A stretch of 64,000 nt of DNA from Octopus sinensis. Taxonomy: Eukaryota. The position numbers were made by a program, and so were the translations under genes. Position 1 is the first letter of the stretch; every line of letters begins with the position of its first letter. The notes beneath the pieces were generated by a model, which was given only the letters and a program-made list of their open reading frames with translations, had not been told where the DNA came from and searched no databases. The stretch covers positions 163,370,001-163,434,000 of the forward strand of contig NC_043000.1 in NCBI RefSeq assembly GCF_006345805.1, written 5' to 3'. Below are positions 1 to 15,744 of the stretch, piece by piece.

Positions 1-344
1 CTGTGTGTGGCAGGTTTGGTAGCCTTCAACTAACACTATTTCCTCCGAGACCCTGCGTCGCAAGTTGACCAAAATTGAGAGTATGATAGAAGGTTTGCTC
101 TTCCTTCTGTAGAAGATAAAATTCAAATCGGACCATGTTAACACAAAAAATATTTACATCAAAATGGTCATTTTTTTCTATGGAAATTCCTATTTTTTAC
201 GATTTTTGACTGCTGTATCGCCATTTTTCGGTGTATTTCAACCAGAAAAATGTTCACTTAAAGAGAATAACAAGATACATAATGCAAAAATTCCAATTCT
301 AAAGGGTCGAAACAAACCCGAACAATGCCGGGCGATCCTGCTAG
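1..344 (+). mobile_element. Putative Helitron-like non-autonomous element, 3' end
   Basis: Ends in a GC hairpin (CCCG-aacaatgc-CGGG, 317-332) followed 8 nt later by CTAG|T (341-345), the typical Helitron 3' terminus. No 5' end recognised. Confidence 0.45.
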
Positions 345-839
345 TTGAAAAATAAATAAAAATGAATTCTTTCTTTTTTTTTCTTTATTTCTCTGTTTCC
401 TCTCTGGTTCGTACACCTTCCCTCTCCTTTCTCCCCTCTTTTTCTCTCGTTCTTTCTCTTTCTCACTCATCTTCTCATTGTTTCTTGCAAATGACGGGAA
501 ATCCATAAAACAACATCGTTCCATTAATCCGTACAGCACACTTATCCAATCTCACGTAACGTATTGTACATTTTTTTTCGTTGGTGCTCTATTATGGTCC
601 CAGCCTCTGGCTGAAACCGGTATGGGAATAAAAGAACACTACAGACAGTTAGCTTGGACCCAATTTAAAGTTTTTTATGTATTTTTTGTCGTTTTTTTCT
701 ATTTTAGTTGGTGTTGGAAGACTTGGTTGAAAAAACGTGAATCCGTTACGTTAGAAAACTTGATACCTTTAGATTTTGACTCAAATTTGCTGACAATACC
801 AAATCATATATTTGAAATCCTAACCATATCTAAAGAATA

Positions 840-930
<91 letters not shown>

Positions 931-984
931 TGTGTGTGTGTCTGCCTGTACACGTATATGTATGAGGCACATTCATCTCAATTT

Positions 985-1586
985 CAAACTATCAGTCTTA
1001 TCAGGCTCAGAGGGTATGAGAAGGCCATATGCCGCGCTGCTTTCTTTAGACCCAGTAATTAAAAATATAAGGTATTCGATCATTTGAACTGTCTATGATC
1101 CGACTGTGAGTGATAAGAACCAAGAAACCTTTTCAGTTATCTCTCTTGCTTTTTGGCAGCGCTGGATTAACCATGAAGCAAAATAAACACATGCTTAGGG
1201 AATCAAGGGAAGGAGGAGAGGATACCACAGAAATGGTAAACGGTTTACGGCACAAAAGAAATCACTTTAAACTTTCTAAAATAATATTCAGGATGCCTTT
1301 ATCTCTACAAAGTATAGAAGCAGATGTGTTACCTAAGATTAATTTTGAGGATCTGATCAAAGACTTTGCAATTCAAAAAAGTAGGAGGAAACTTTTCAAA
1401 TATAAATAAAGTGGAAGTATACAAAAATAAACACTATTTTCCCTCTTACTGTTTTGTTTCCTTTTGAAAAATAAAAGTTTGTTTTATGGTTTGTTATTGT
1501 TTATATTTTGAATTACATAATCTTTTATGGCGACACCAAAATCTTTTAAGTGCTGGGGGCCCCGGTGGTTCTTAAACCGGCCTTGC
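985..1586 (+). mobile_element. hAT transposon 3' remnant (dimerisation-domain C-terminus and TIR)
   Basis: ORF 1110-1409 ends LSLQSIEADVLPKINFEDLIKDFAIQKSRRKLF, resembling the hAT C-terminus (LSIE..FA..K.RR). Ends in ..accggccttg, the reverse complement of a CAGGGCCGG-type TIR. Confidence 0.6.
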
Positions 1587-1930
1587 TATTCGGTCATAGA
1601 ATAATGTGAGTGAACTTTTCATGCTTTTCTTAATCACTGTATTTAACCACGATGTGGTAATTTTTGATGTTCTAAATGTTGCACAGAAACAGAAGCATGA
1701 ATTACAGTGTAAGTGACGGAAACTTCAAGAAGCTAGTTATACATTTAACATAATCTTCAAACAAACTCAACATAAGGCTCTGTGAAAAGACAGGACATTC
1801 AAATAATTGAACTGCGAGATTTGTGCGGTCTTCTTTATGCGTTTATTATGCTCTATACTATCTTTCAAGTAATTGTATCCATGATTCAAAATAGCTGCAA
1901 TATGCTGACATTTCTATTATAATTGTAAAT

Positions 1931-2042
<112 letters not shown>

Positions 2043-2265
2043 ATCTATCTATCTGTAATATATATAATATATATACGCCCACACACAAATACACACACAC
2101 ATACAAACACGCACACACACACACATATATATATATACGCATCAATACACAAATATATGTATGTGTGCATTCTTTTGTTGCAATATACTTGTATTTATAT
2201 GATATATTTATACATGCAATGCTTACACATACGTACAAGCACATACACTTGTATATGCAATACAT

Positions 2266-2314
<49 letters not shown>

Positions 2315-2889
2315 TGTGTGTGTGTGTGTGTGCGTGTGTGTGTGTGTGTATGTATATGCATATATATGTGTATTTATATGTAAACCTGTACACAAAATAC
2401 ACGCACCCACGCAAACGCATGCACACACATACACACACACGCACGTATACTTATCCTTCTATATAGTACGTATCATGGTTGACCTTTCTCTAATAAAAGT
2501 GATTTCCCTCCATGTTCTTTTTCAACTTTTTTTTGCGTTTTTTGATTTTTCCCTCTCTCATAAAACGAATTCTTTTTTTATCCATATGTTGTTAATAAAT
2601 AACAGTAGAGAAAAATCCTAGACTGTAATGAAATACAGAAAATATTATGGGATTTTTCTCTGAACATTGTGTTAAAGTAGAAGAAAAATATTTGGACCAG
2701 TATTGATGATGTGAATATGATTCAATAAAGTTATTCATTGACTAGCATGATTGACTTAATGTCCAGAACTTTATTTTATGGTTTGCAGCTACATATAACA
2801 CACATTCTTGATTATGTAAGTATATGAGTGTGCATGTATATATGAATATATGCATACGTGTATCTCTCACACACACACTCTCTTTCTGT

Positions 2890-2905
2890 ATATATAATAT
2901 TTATG

Positions 2906-2968
<63 letters not shown>

Positions 2969-2969
2969 C

Positions 2970-3049
<80 letters not shown>

Positions 3050-3063
3050 AATATATATATATG

Positions 3064-3113
<50 letters not shown>

Positions 3114-3119
3114 TATATA

Positions 3120-3158
<39 letters not shown>

Positions 3159-3308
3159 CATATATATATATATATATATAATATACATATATATATATAT
3201 ATATATACATATATACATAGATATATATATCTATATCATATATATATATATATATATGTCAATATATATATAGAGATATATATATCTATATTATATATAT
3301 ATATATAT

Positions 3309-3400
<92 letters not shown>

Positions 3401-3410
3401 CATATATCCA
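2890..3410. repeat. Long imperfect (TA)n microsatellite
   Basis: Direct reading. Representative of dozens of (TA)n, (CA)n, (TACA)n, (GATA)n, (GAAA)n, (TTC)n, (GGT)n, (CAT)n, (ATT)n and (CTA)n tracts across the window. Confidence 0.95.
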
Positions 3411-4950
3411 CGCACACACACATGCGAACACAAATTGCATACAAATTTATGTATATTCATACATCCAGGCGCTTCTATACATATACATAGAGACATTCTT
3501 TAGATATACTCACTATATAGTATATGCAGATTATACATAATACATATATATATATATATATATCTATACATATATATATATACATAGTGTACTATGTATG
3601 TATATATCATATATATATATATATATAATTATATATATACATATATATAAAGATAGATAGAGTGACAAATACATACATACATACATACATACATAGACGT
3701 TTATATATGGGAATATTTGTACGCTTCCGTCTGAACATAAAAATACGCGCAAAAATATTCGTATTCATTGATTTCTGACATATTTATAGAACATGTTATG
3801 CTTTAATATAAGCCTGCAAACTGCGACTATATAATATAAAATAATACATTGTGTCTAAGAAGTATGCGTGCGCGTGTGTGTGTCTCTTTTGTCTATGTGT
3901 AAACATGTCTATGTCCGTGTGAGAGAGAAAATGTGAGATATATTAAAGCACACACGACTCCCCACAGATATTCACTCAAATATAATGTGATATCACCCGG
4001 TTATATAAACATTCCATAATATGTGCAGTGTTTCTGTTTTTGCACTATAGAAGGCGCAAAATATAATCCTAGTAAAAGTTTTAGTGTTTCTTATAACTGA
4101 GACAGGGCATGGTTGACGTCAAGTGTGTAAAATGCTTGTGGATGGTGCCTGTGTGCGAAAATATAGGGAAGAATGAAAGGTGAGCCTTGAGGTGCAGCAG
4201 ATTTGATAGAAAGTGAGGGAGAGCTCTATCAGTACATTCTACCTTGGTGCAATCTGATAGGGATTCATTGATGCAAAAGACGAGACCTATCATTACTATA
4301 GTTTAGCAAACTTAGCTTCGAGCTATTTGGAATCATCCTTCGCGATTAATGGTACGACAGAATGTGCTGCAAACTTCTTGACATCTGGAAGAACAATCAA
4401 GTTCTAATCGTTCTTGTAATTTTCCAGGTAGGATTTACTTTCTATAGAGAGTTTTGATATTATCTGTTGTCATCAGCAGAATGGTAAAAATTAATAAAAT
4501 TAAGAATAATTCTTAATCCTAATTAGCAACAATTTATATTTACCAGAACTTATTTAATAAGGAAAAGAATATATATTGTTAGTATAAAACCTATACTTAT
4601 ACACCACCACTCCGAATACATCTTGTGATGGTGACCATAGGTTTCGTACTGTTGACGCTTTTTACATTATTTTTGTTGTTATATTCGGTTGTTTTTGCTC
4701 TTATTGCTGAAAAATTTATTGCCGTTATTTGTCGATAATTGTTAATCAGTTCATCATTGTTATTATTTTTTTTTTCCATTTCGATTAAAGATGGACACTT
4801 TAGTTGTAAACTTCAACTGCAGCCGCAACGTACGAGGAATTATTGTTTACCAAAAAAGGCAAACGACAATTAAAGTTTAAATATATCCCTCCAGAAGTGA
4901 TATATTTCACACGCACACACACATGCACGCACGTATGCACACACACACAA

Positions 4951-4991
<41 letters not shown>

Positions 4992-6621
4992 ACATGCACA
5001 CACACACACAAATAAAGTAAAGAAAACACCTCCCAGCTACTTACTAAATACATTGCAATAAAATGTAGCTTACATCCAATGTTGATAATTAATTTTCCAA
5101 AAATTTCCTACAGCTTTACTCAGCATATCTGACATAGTTAACAGTCAGTGTTTATAACAGCGTCGACAATTACGACGACGACAACCATAACAAGAACAAC
5201 GACAGTGGCGGCGGCGACAGTGATAGTTGCAATGGCAGCGCAGTCGTGGTGCCAACAACAGTGGCGGCGGCGATGGTGGTGGTGGTGGCGGTGGTAGTGG
5301 TGTGGCAGTGGTGGCGGTGGTGGTGGTGGTGGTGGTGATGGTGGTGGTGGTGGTGGTGGTGGTGGTGGTGGTGGTGGTGGTGGTGGTGGTGGTGGTGGTG
5401 GTGGTGCTATATGAAATATAATCGATAGAATGATATTGTGAATCAGAATATAAATGTGATTAACAACGAATAAAAATGTCTTTCTTGAAGACAAATAAAA
5501 ATTTATAAAATAATTTATATGATAAAAAAATATAATCATGAACAATAATAAATTAATTGAAAATGATGATCGTTAATGCTGTGCCTCGGAATAAATGGGG
5601 GCTAAATGCTTTAAGAAAAAGGAAACAGAATTTGAAAATCTGAAACTAGCCTTATATTTATGATTATCATGTTGTAGTTATATGTGCCTATAAACAGTGG
5701 AAATGGTTGCAGACAATGAAATACCACAATTAATTTCGCTAAATCGTTTAACAGTATCCATATTGCTGCTGCAGATGCTGATGCTGCTTCTGTGATAACT
5801 AATCATAATGCTTCACAAAGATTCTGTGATTTATTTTGACAAGGCACAAGGTTCGTTTCATAAAGGATGAGTTTATAATTGTTTTCTCTAGATGCAATTA
5901 TATGCATGGGAAGTTATATAATCGCATTGTAATAGAAGAGGGAAAAAAGGTGACGTCAAATTAAGCAAATTTCGATACGGTGATAATCCTTAATATAATT
6001 ATTATGAGCTGGCTGGATGGTTAGGGCGATGAAAGAAATGCTTTACAGTATTTGATCATTACATTCTGAGCCGAAATCTTGTCGAAGTCAACTTTGTCTT
6101 CTACCCTAAAAGGGTTCGATATAATAAAGGACAATTTTATAATAGTTTTGACTTGATAGAATTATAGATGTAATTTTGTGCCACTGCGGGATGAAAAGAA
6201 AACAAAAATGCCGATGAGTGGAAGGCAGACGGTCGTCTGTGTGTCGTTAGAACGTTGGTAAAGTGATTATTAGCATTCTTCTGGCTCTTTACGTACTGAG
6301 TTCAAATTCTACCGAGGCCAACTTTGTCTTTCACTTTTTAGTCAAGTACTGGGATCGATAGTAGCGACTAATCGTTTCCCTATTATTATTGTTTTACTTC
6401 TCAAAACCTTTGGTCCTTTTTGTTCTGGTAGATTCTGTGAGAGCGGACAGCAGTCTGCTGTCAGAGGTCTCACAGGGTCTCTTTCCGCACATTATAAGCT
6501 TTGATACTTGGTTGTTAATTATCGTGGAAGACATTAATCATCCAAGTACCAATCTCGAAATCCTAGCTATCCCCAGCAGAGCAGCATTTTGGGGTTTGCT
6601 TTGCTCTCATGTCTATTCCGA

Positions 6622-6627
<6 letters not shown>

Positions 6628-6718
<91 letters not shown>

Positions 6719-6895
6719 TTTCGTAATAGTGTAGGTAAAAATGCACCGGAGTCTTTAAACATCTGTCAAGTCACACAAAGACCTCAGACAGATATTACTT
6801 TTCTTAGGATATGCGCTGTGCCCAATAAGGCTACTTTTTGCAAGACATCAATCTTGCATGGGATTTCCAGTTGCCTTGAAAAGTTTTGAAGTTTC
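6628..6895 (-). mobile_element. RLE-type (R4/Dong-like) LINE 3' end with (TAA)n tail
   Basis: Minus strand reads ..QLEIPCKIDVLQKVALLGTAHILRKVI*, matching the RLE C-terminal LQK..LLGTA.ILR.VL motif, followed by an (ATT)n/(TAA)n tract at 6628-6718. Confidence 0.65.
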
Positions 6896-7033
6896 TGAGA
6901 TCAAATTCCGCCGAGGTCGACAATGCCTTTCATCCTTTCGGGGTCGATAAATTAAGTATCAGTAAAACACTGAAGTCGATGTGATCGACTGCCCCCTCCC
7001 CACAAACTCCAGGCCTTGTGCTTATAGTAGTAT
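6895..7033 (+). mobile_element. SINE family 1, 5'-truncated
   Basis: Core tcaaattccgccgaggtcgac..gcctttcatcctttcggggtcgataaattaag shared with more than 10 other copies in the window. Confidence 0.8.
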
Positions 7034-7867
7034 TTTTATACTTCTTACACACTGTATCAATAATTTTGGGAAAGCAAGACGTTAACAATATTCCATTGCT
7101 AAAATTCTTTATTAAATCCGAGAGCAAATCTATTTATTCCAGAGATAACATGAACGTATATAAAACAGCAAAAAGAAAACCGCACTGTCAACAAATATCA
7201 CAGAAACCAAAAACCAAAATCAACAAAAGCGAAAATATTATGCGCGGCATTTCAATTATTTTGAGCTGCCATCGTATTTATTTTTAGATCAATCTGTAAT
7301 AAATTGTTCCTGTTTATTCTATGCCAGCTCTATCGCCCTAACATGGGCGTACGCTGTGGTCGAATTGCAGCCTGCCAACACCAACACTTTTGCAGTATTT
7401 TCTCGGCTATCTTCATGGCAATAAATCACGCGGATGTTTATTTTTTCAGTGCAATATCTCCCCCAAATATGTGCATTTTTGGAGTTTATTAATATAAAGT
7501 GTATGCATGTGTGTGTGTGTGTGGGGGGGGGCGTCTGTGTGTGTGTCTGGGTCTGTGTGTACACGCACAAGCACACACTTACTCACACATATGTACGTAT
7601 ACATGTATATGTATGTGTGTATATATGTATATGAACGTATCTGTGTACGATTATAAGTACTAATATTTTATATTTTACACACTAGCAAAGCTTACTAACC
7701 GTATATATAATTGCTAAGTCGATCATGTTTCTAAACATACTCGGACTTTGCAATGTCTGGGTAGTCTAAAATACATGACAATTATCTCGCATTAATAGGT
7801 GAATAGTCAGCATCTGATGTTAACGCCTTTTTTTTCTATCACAATAATATTTTCTTATCGCTAGGCA

Positions 7868-8780
7868 TTGGTCTTGCTGCCCAATATTTTCATCATTTGT
7901 CGGCTTTCACTCTGGGTCACATGGTCTGTGTTGACTCTCGCTGGGTATTGGCCATGGACTGGGCTTTCTCTCCACTTTTTCTTCAGAATGTTTTGGAATG
8001 TTTTCCTCAGGATGTTTAGGAATGTTTTGATCTTTTCTTTTGTTTATATTAATATATTAAAATTTTCTATTTTAAATTCTTATCCAAATCTTTTTCTTGG
8101 TGGTAGTCGATGTTTGCTTTATATTTTATTGCTTCCTTCTACTTCAGAGAAAAGTTCTTTTTTTATTTCCTTCAATACATAGTGATTTCAAATTTTAGCA
8201 CATCGCCAGCAACTTCAGGGATGGAGATAAGTCGATTATTTCGAACCCAGGACTCCACTGGTAGTTATTTTATCGACCCTGAAATGAAGAAAAGCAAAGT
8301 TGGCCTTGGCGGAATTTGAACCCAGAACGTAAAGCCAGAAGCAATGCTGTTAAGCATTTTCCCCCGCGTGCTACCGATTCTGCCAGCTTGTCGACTTTAC
8401 TTCAATAAATAATACCCATTGCTTGCTTATAAGTATTTCTCTAACCACGCTGTTGTTATTGTTATTTTTCACACAGTATCAGACTTTGTAATCTTTCTGT
8501 ACGAAGTAGATATGTTCTGTTTATAATAGGTTTAAGGCTGTGACTTCGGAACATTGCTAGCAGTTTCCTGTAATTTCTATCGAAGCACGTTAAACCTCCG
8601 GCTAATTATAAATATAGTAAATAAATTAGATACTCATTATCTTACTTCTAGTATTTAATAGACGTCTGAATCTTCTGTAGCACTATTTCCAGCAGCATCT
8701 CATTCTGAGCATTTATATGGCTGCTTCTGGTCTAGTTCTCCGGTTTAAGTTTCTGCTTTTGCTTAATTTTCTTGGTTTTG
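7868..8780 (-). mobile_element. Possible N-terminal remnants of an R4/Dong-like LINE ORF
   Basis: Degenerate minus-strand peptides (NEMLLE..; NYRKLLAMF..; WLE) resemble the N-terminal region of such ORFs. Interrupted by a SINE at 8222-8395. Confidence 0.3.
8222..8395 (-). mobile_element. SINE family 1 (diverged)
   Basis: Reverse complement of the family-1 core (ggcggaatttgaacccagaacgtaaag..gctaccgattctgccagc). Confidence 0.75.
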
Positions 8781-8938
8781 GTTTCTTCTTCTTCTTCTTC
8801 TTCTTCTTCTTCTTCTTCTTCTTCTTCTTCTTCTTCTTCTTCTTCTTCTTCTTCTTCTTCTTCTTCTTCTTCTTCTTCTTCTTCTTCTTCTTCTTCTTCT
8901 TCTTCTTCTTCTTCTTCTTTATAGACGTATGCATTTAT

Positions 8939-8977
<39 letters not shown>

Positions 8978-9212
8978 ATATATATCCTTTCCTCCCATGA
9001 ATGGTGAAATGCAAAATAAAGTCAGGTCGGTTCCCTGCTCAACGTCACCAACCCGTTATACATGGAGCATGCAGTATCCAACCAACCAACCAGGGCAAGC
9101 AAAACACTTGCTCTTTGCTTCCCAAATAATATGGATCTCATTCATAATACGAAAGTAACACCAACTTGTCTCGAATCTCAATATAATAGAGCTGACATGT
9201 ATAAGCCAAAGG

Positions 9213-9440
9213 AATCTTATTCCTTTATTGCCCACAAGGGGCTAAACATAGAGGGGACAGACAAAGGGATTAAGTCGATTACATCGTCCCCAGTGCGTAA
9301 CTGGTACTTAATTTATCGACCCCGAAAGGATGAAAGGCATTGTCGACCTCGGCGGAATTTGAACTTAAAACGCAACGGCTGTCGAAATACCGCTAAGCAT
9401 TTCGTCCAGCGTGCTAACGTTTCTACCAGCTCTCCGCTTT
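9213..9440 (-). mobile_element. SINE family 1, full length
   Basis: Reverse complement of family 1 with the 'ttagccccttgtgggcaataaag' tail variant. Confidence 0.85.
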
Positions 9441-10344
9441 AGGCCAAAGGAATCGGCATAAGGAATCCGCAGGCATACAGCCTATGAGAAGCATCTAAAA
9501 TTTATCCAATTTGAACTACCATAAAGCAGATTCGAAATTGATTGACAAAGGGATCATCAAATAGGAATGGACTCAATGTCTCTCCATACCTGACATCGAC
9601 ATGAAACTCTAAGAATTTATGTCCGTTATGCAAACAATATCATGCAAGTTGGTTTCTTCACGGAAACCCAATGAGGGTAAGTAAAACACTTTTGAAGTGT
9701 TTTCCTTTACAGCACTTGAAAGCCAGCAAACCTATAGAGTTCTCTAACACTACAAATGTAAAGCGGGAAGCAGTAACAAAATTGACTGCATCGACATCAA
9801 TGGTCATAGATGAGGAAGACGAAAACCCAGCTACTGGCAATCCTTCTCAAATCATGCAAACGTTCACTTGCAAAACCATTGTAGCTTCTTTTTCAGAGCT
9901 GCCTTACAAGTGGTAAACTCCCATGCGAATTGAAGTTCGATGATAATGACACATATCTTCAGGTCAATTTTGATCAAGGAGACTCAAAATCGAAATGATC
10001 TACCATTTTTAAGACACTATGACCAACGATCCTTTCCTTTTTAAAAAAGTAGGAAATAGTCTGAAGGGAAGAGTTGCCCGGTATTTTTGCAGCTGCAGCC
10101 ACAATGTTGAATACAATGCTTTGTCTTGATATCAAATGGCTAAACAGGTTGCTGCTTTGTTCATCATTATTTTAAATTCAGATATTTTAAGCAGTCTTAA
10201 AAACTTTTTGTATGCATCAAAAGAGTATTTAACATTAACAACGAAACACAACAGTCCTTAAATATACACTAGAAACTAGACATGAAATTAAGTAAAAGCA
10301 ATGTGTGCGCCTGTGTGTGTGTGTTTGTTTTTGAGTATATTATA

Positions 10345-10479
10345 TAGGCGTAGGAGTGGCTGCGTGGTAAGTAGCTTGCTTATGAACCACATTGGGCAAG
10401 TGTCTTCTACTATAGCCTCGGACCAACCAAAGCCTTGTGAGTGGATTTGGTAGACGGAAACTGAAAGAAGCCCGTCGTA

Positions 10480-10530
<51 letters not shown>

Positions 10531-10540
10531 CTGTGTGTGT

Positions 10541-10572
<32 letters not shown>

Positions 10573-10785
10573 TTGTGTGTCTGTGTTTGTCCCCCCAACA
10601 TCGCTTGACAACTAAAGCTGGTGTGTTTACGTTCCCATAACTTAGCGGTTCGGCAAAAGAGACCGATAGAATAAGTGCTAGGCTTACAAAGATTAAGTCC
10701 TGGGGTAGAATTGATCGACTAAAGGCGGTGCTCCAGCATGGCCACAGTCAAATGATTGAAACAAGTAAAAGAGTAGAAGAGAGTA
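10345..10785 (+). mobile_element. SINE family 2 with internal (TA)n/(TG)n
   Basis: tRNA-like head (gtggctgcgtggtaag) and a body similar to minus-strand copies at 11705-11900, 46378-46500 and 47627-47790. Confidence 0.7.
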
Positions 10786-10878
10786 AAGAGTATATATATA
10801 TTTTTCACATATATGGGATACATATATATGTTTATAATATATATATATGATATAATATATATGTGATATATACATAAT

Positions 10879-10917
<39 letters not shown>

Positions 10918-11919
10918 CATATATGTATACATATATGCATATATATATATACACGTGCGTGTTAGACATGCACTTATGTATGGATGTACGTGAATATGTA
11001 CATATGTATGTTTTTAATTAACACAAAAAATAGAGAAAACAGAGTAAGCAATTGCAGGAGGATTCTGACAGCTCCACGTCTAATTATATTATCATTGCAT
11101 ATTCTTGTATTCTTTCCGTTACAACCAGAACAATGTTGCATATAACCCCATCTGCATTACTTGCAGATGTGGAGTCTAACCGGAATGTGGCATAAATACC
11201 TAGGGAAGTATTTCAAAGACCTGTAATTGTATAATAGTGAACCGCAAATAATATATATTACCCAAAACATAAATGTGTAATACATAAAATAAATAACACA
11301 AATACGTGAATACATAAAAATACCAGACTCTGAAACGTTTCTAATTTTTGCGTGAAGGGTGGCTTTCAAAACAGAAAGAAAAATTAAACAAAAACTAATT
11401 AACTTTGTTATTGTTTCTAGTAAATATTTCTATGTTATTTAACACTTTAATGTCATTGGGGTACGCCCCATAATTCATTTGGCAGTCTACAATACTATTC
11501 TGTAAAATCCCAGAAGTATATATAAGTCGCTTTATGATATAGCTTTTGTCTATAAAAAGTTGATTATGTCAGATCTGAATATCGTATTTAAGAATAGAGT
11601 GTAACACCTGCATTGGAATATGAACTACACACCATTCATCAAAATGAGGCTTCAGGTAGGTGGCAGATAGACATACGTAAAAGAAATCCTTAATGAATGA
11701 AAACTTATCTCTTAGTTTATTCTTTTATTCTTTTACTCGTTTCAGTCATTTGATTGCGACCATGCTGGGGTACTGTCGTGAAGGACAAAAGAGTCACAGT
11801 ATTTAATTTAAGCATGTACTTATTCTATCGGTTTCTTCTTAGCAAGCTGCTCATGTTATGGGGATGTGAACAAACCAACAATGCTTGTCAAGCGTCGTAA
11901 AACAAACATACAGATGCAT

Positions 11920-11984
<65 letters not shown>

Positions 11985-14707
11985 AAGTAGTAAATATATG
12001 GCACAACTAAGTACCGATATTTACTGGAAATAGCGAACGTAATAATACGACGCTAATGTATAGCTTCACCGCGTATGTATTAGCAAAAATGCGTGTGTGC
12101 AACAAACTAGAAAAATTGTCTTACCTCCAGGGAGAACATCTGAAAGATGAAATACCTGGAAAAGGATAATGTGGGACCTGCAGGTTTCAGATTTTACAAG
12201 ATATGTCTGCCACCTATAATCTTGTTCTATCTTCATCAGCCAAGCATATACCATGACAAAATCTACGATGTTACCACATTAATGCTATTACACTCGACTG
12301 AAACGCCGAAACGCCAACAGTATATACATACGACGAGCTTCCTTACAGTTTTTGTCAAAAGATTCACTCACAAAGCATTGGCTGGCTTGAAATTATTGTA
12401 GAACCATTTATGCAACGTGCTACGCTTTGAGATTGAGCCCGAAACTACGTAGTTGCAAAGCAGTCTTCTTTACCGCACAGACGTACCGGCGCTTTGGAGA
12501 ATGAAGGTAAAGCTTTGGCGGTGTTAACGACCCTCATAGAAAACGGGAGTACTTTCATGAAATGCTATGCAGTATTTTCCTCATTTACAATGCTTCTTTA
12601 CAGCAGTATATTAATTGAGTAATAGTGTTTAGAGAACCTTCTCTGTTTGGGAAGAGCATAATAACTGAGCAAAAGCGAAGAAATCACAGCTTTTGTCTTT
12701 CTAACTTCGCATAAATCGTACCTAACCGCCGAATATCAAATTGTAGTCATTTGAAGATGTTTTGTCACTTATTACATGAAACTTCAGAGAAATCTATGAA
12801 TGTTTGGTTGTGTTCAAGATGGTAATCACCCTTATTCAATCTTAACGCTGATTGAGCCACTGAATAACTATGTAAAAGTTTACGACTAAGGATTTTTACC
12901 TTACTTTTTGTACAAACCAAATTGCGGAAAGTTCGTTCGTAGAGATATCCAAAGTAAATGTAATAATTATTTTGTGAAAAAAATATCTTTTTTATGAGGG
13001 CTTCTGATGTTTTAAATGAGAACCATGATTATGCTGTCGTAATTTATCAAAAAAGTACCTTTGGTACGGCCTTCTTGTATTTTATCAACTGCTCACTCTC
13101 TTACAATTTAAAGAACTGATCGCCTATGGATAATATCTAAGTTGTTGTAAACTTAGGAACCTGATTGGAATTAGAGTCTGTACATTCAAACTGGTTCTTT
13201 ATTTGGTAGCGTTCTTTTAATTACTTATTTATTTATTTGTCTTGCTAGGAGAAAGGAACTGCATCCATAGCATTCATAGGTCCCTCAAGGTGGATGTGAT
13301 TGGTGTGACTATTGTTCTCCTCGAACAATTGCAAGTTTACCGCTGCAGAAAAAGCCTGGTTAGAGAAGGGTTCCACGGAGCTGGCATATATGAGAGAAAT
13401 GACTCGAAATCGTAAGTAGTGCAAGACGTAGAACAACAGAAGCAATACAGAAGATAAACGAAGAAAAGGAAGGTAAATGAGTTCGGCCTGGTTTGAGATG
13501 GTACAAGAGCAGACAGGTCTGACGACGAGGATTTAGTGTAAAGAGACAGCATGCCCCATTTCTGAGTCAGAGGGTGGAGTGTGTTTGTGAATGATTCCGC
13601 TCTAATCAGTCGGATATCTTTTTGGGTGATGCTCGGAAGTGTAGCAAATGTGGAAGACAATTCTCTTCTGGGTTTTCCTTCATATTCATAAAAAATTAAG
13701 AACTATTGATTACTGAAACAATTTCTGGTTCAAAAGAGGAAGAAAAAATCATTGCATTATAGCTTTAGAAATGTTGTAGATGTGAGGTCTTCGGGAGATA
13801 TTATCGGTCAAAGAGAAGCATACCATTTGAAGAGGCTTTGAAGGTTTAGTTGCGTCTTGACCGTGATGATGGTAGCAGATACCAGATTGTTTCACTGATA
13901 AATTTGAATTTTTTACATAGATGTAGAATTGTAAACTCTTAAACTGGTTCCTACTCCTATCTGAACTCAGGATTTCTGTTCCAGTATTCCTTAAGCAATA
14001 CTCCCATATTTTACTGATCCTAGAAAATGAAATCTGTCCAGCGTACTTTTACAGTAAGTATATATTTGGAACGGAATATTGATGATCCAATATTTTCTAA
14101 AACTTCAACAAATCCATTAATCGAAGAAGTGAGTTAGTGTTTCCATACACAGAAGACAAATGGTAGATTTCTCTGAAACATCCTTTAGCAAAATCGTGAG
14201 AGGATGGACAAAATACCTTATGAGGTTAAGTTTCATTCGTTAACATTATGGGTTCGAATTTTGCCAAGAACGAAATCGGGTGTATATTGGAAATCAATTT
14301 AAGAGAACATCGAAAATATTATACACGAAAAGTAAGAAATATTTTTAAATGAGATATTAAACCACAAAAACCAAATGTGTCTCGTTGTATTTTTAACGAC
14401 CAGGATCAAGTAATTGCGTGGTTAACTCAACATAGTTAACCATATCACCAACTAGCATAGTCAAATTATAACTTGTAATAGTTAGTCACTCACTTTCTTA
14501 GAAAGATGTAGCTGTAATTTTAAGATGAAACTGAGCAATATTCATATAATATAAATTAAGTTTCAAAATTTTTTTAAATGCAGCTGATATATTATATAAT
14601 AGGAATTTTGTTCTGCAGTTAGGAAATCATGGTGGAGGTTAAGTTCCTTATATTTCGGAATGTCCATCATAAAAAGTTATGTAAAAACATCGATGGTTAT
14701 ATACACA

Positions 14708-14809
<102 letters not shown>

Positions 14810-15744
14810 CATATATATACATATATATATACATATATAATATAGCTACGATGCTACGAAGTAAACAAAGTTTTTGATATGTAAATAGATGCGTTAAAAA
14901 ATGAAGCAATGGTGTTAAGAGGTTTAAATGTGTTTTAATTTTTAATTATTTTTATTTGTTTTTCAAGTGTAGATGACGCGAATGGAGATTGACACAAAGT
15001 GAAAGCTGGTTCTGGCGGATATAAATAAAATAATAAAAATAATAACTAAAAGTGGATGGGAAAAAAGAGAGAAAAGCGAAAAAGAAAATGGTGAAAACAG
15101 TTAATGTTAATTTACATCACAAGTGCTAAATATCAAAAGCTATTTTAGCTGAGAAGATATTTCACAAGTCAAAAATAAAATAAAATTATTAAGATGAAAC
15201 TAAACGATTCAGACTGAATTCATCTGTCTTTAAAGAATGAGGGAAAAAAATACACCTCAGAACCACGCAGGAATTTCATAGGTATAGTGTTTCTATTTGA
15301 ACATAAAGTATAATTGTATACAGGTGTATCTGTACATATACACGTATGTATAATTAGTCTCTACTGTGTGTATGTATGTATGCATGTATGCGTGTGTGTT
15401 TGCATGCGTGCGGGCGTGCGTGTGTGTGTGTGTGTCTGTGTGTGCATGCATGTATGTATACATGTTTTGCTGTTTCTGGTTTTTCAAATTCCTCACCAAC
15501 AGAGAAAGGGCCGCTTCTTTCGCCGGAATTTAGACAACTTCATTGAAGTAGTCGTATGTGTGTGTTTCTGTATTTATGCATGCATGCACATATGTTTGCA
15601 TATAAATATGTGTGTATGTGCAACGGTATGTATGTGTGCAAGCGTGAATATCATGGCGGTGTGGATTAGTATGTTTTGGTTCATGGATGAGTATATAGAC
15701 ATATGTTTGTGTGTGTGCATGTATGTATATTCATTTATTACATG

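Noticed and set aside
12285-12315. ctgaaacgccgaaac as a hammerhead
   Set aside because: Lacks the CUGANGA core and helices I and II.
9500-14200. Possible CR1/L1-like LINE remnants at ~9500-9650 and ~13300-14200
   Set aside because: Only isolated short motifs (NYHKAD, LDRF); insufficient without a profile search.
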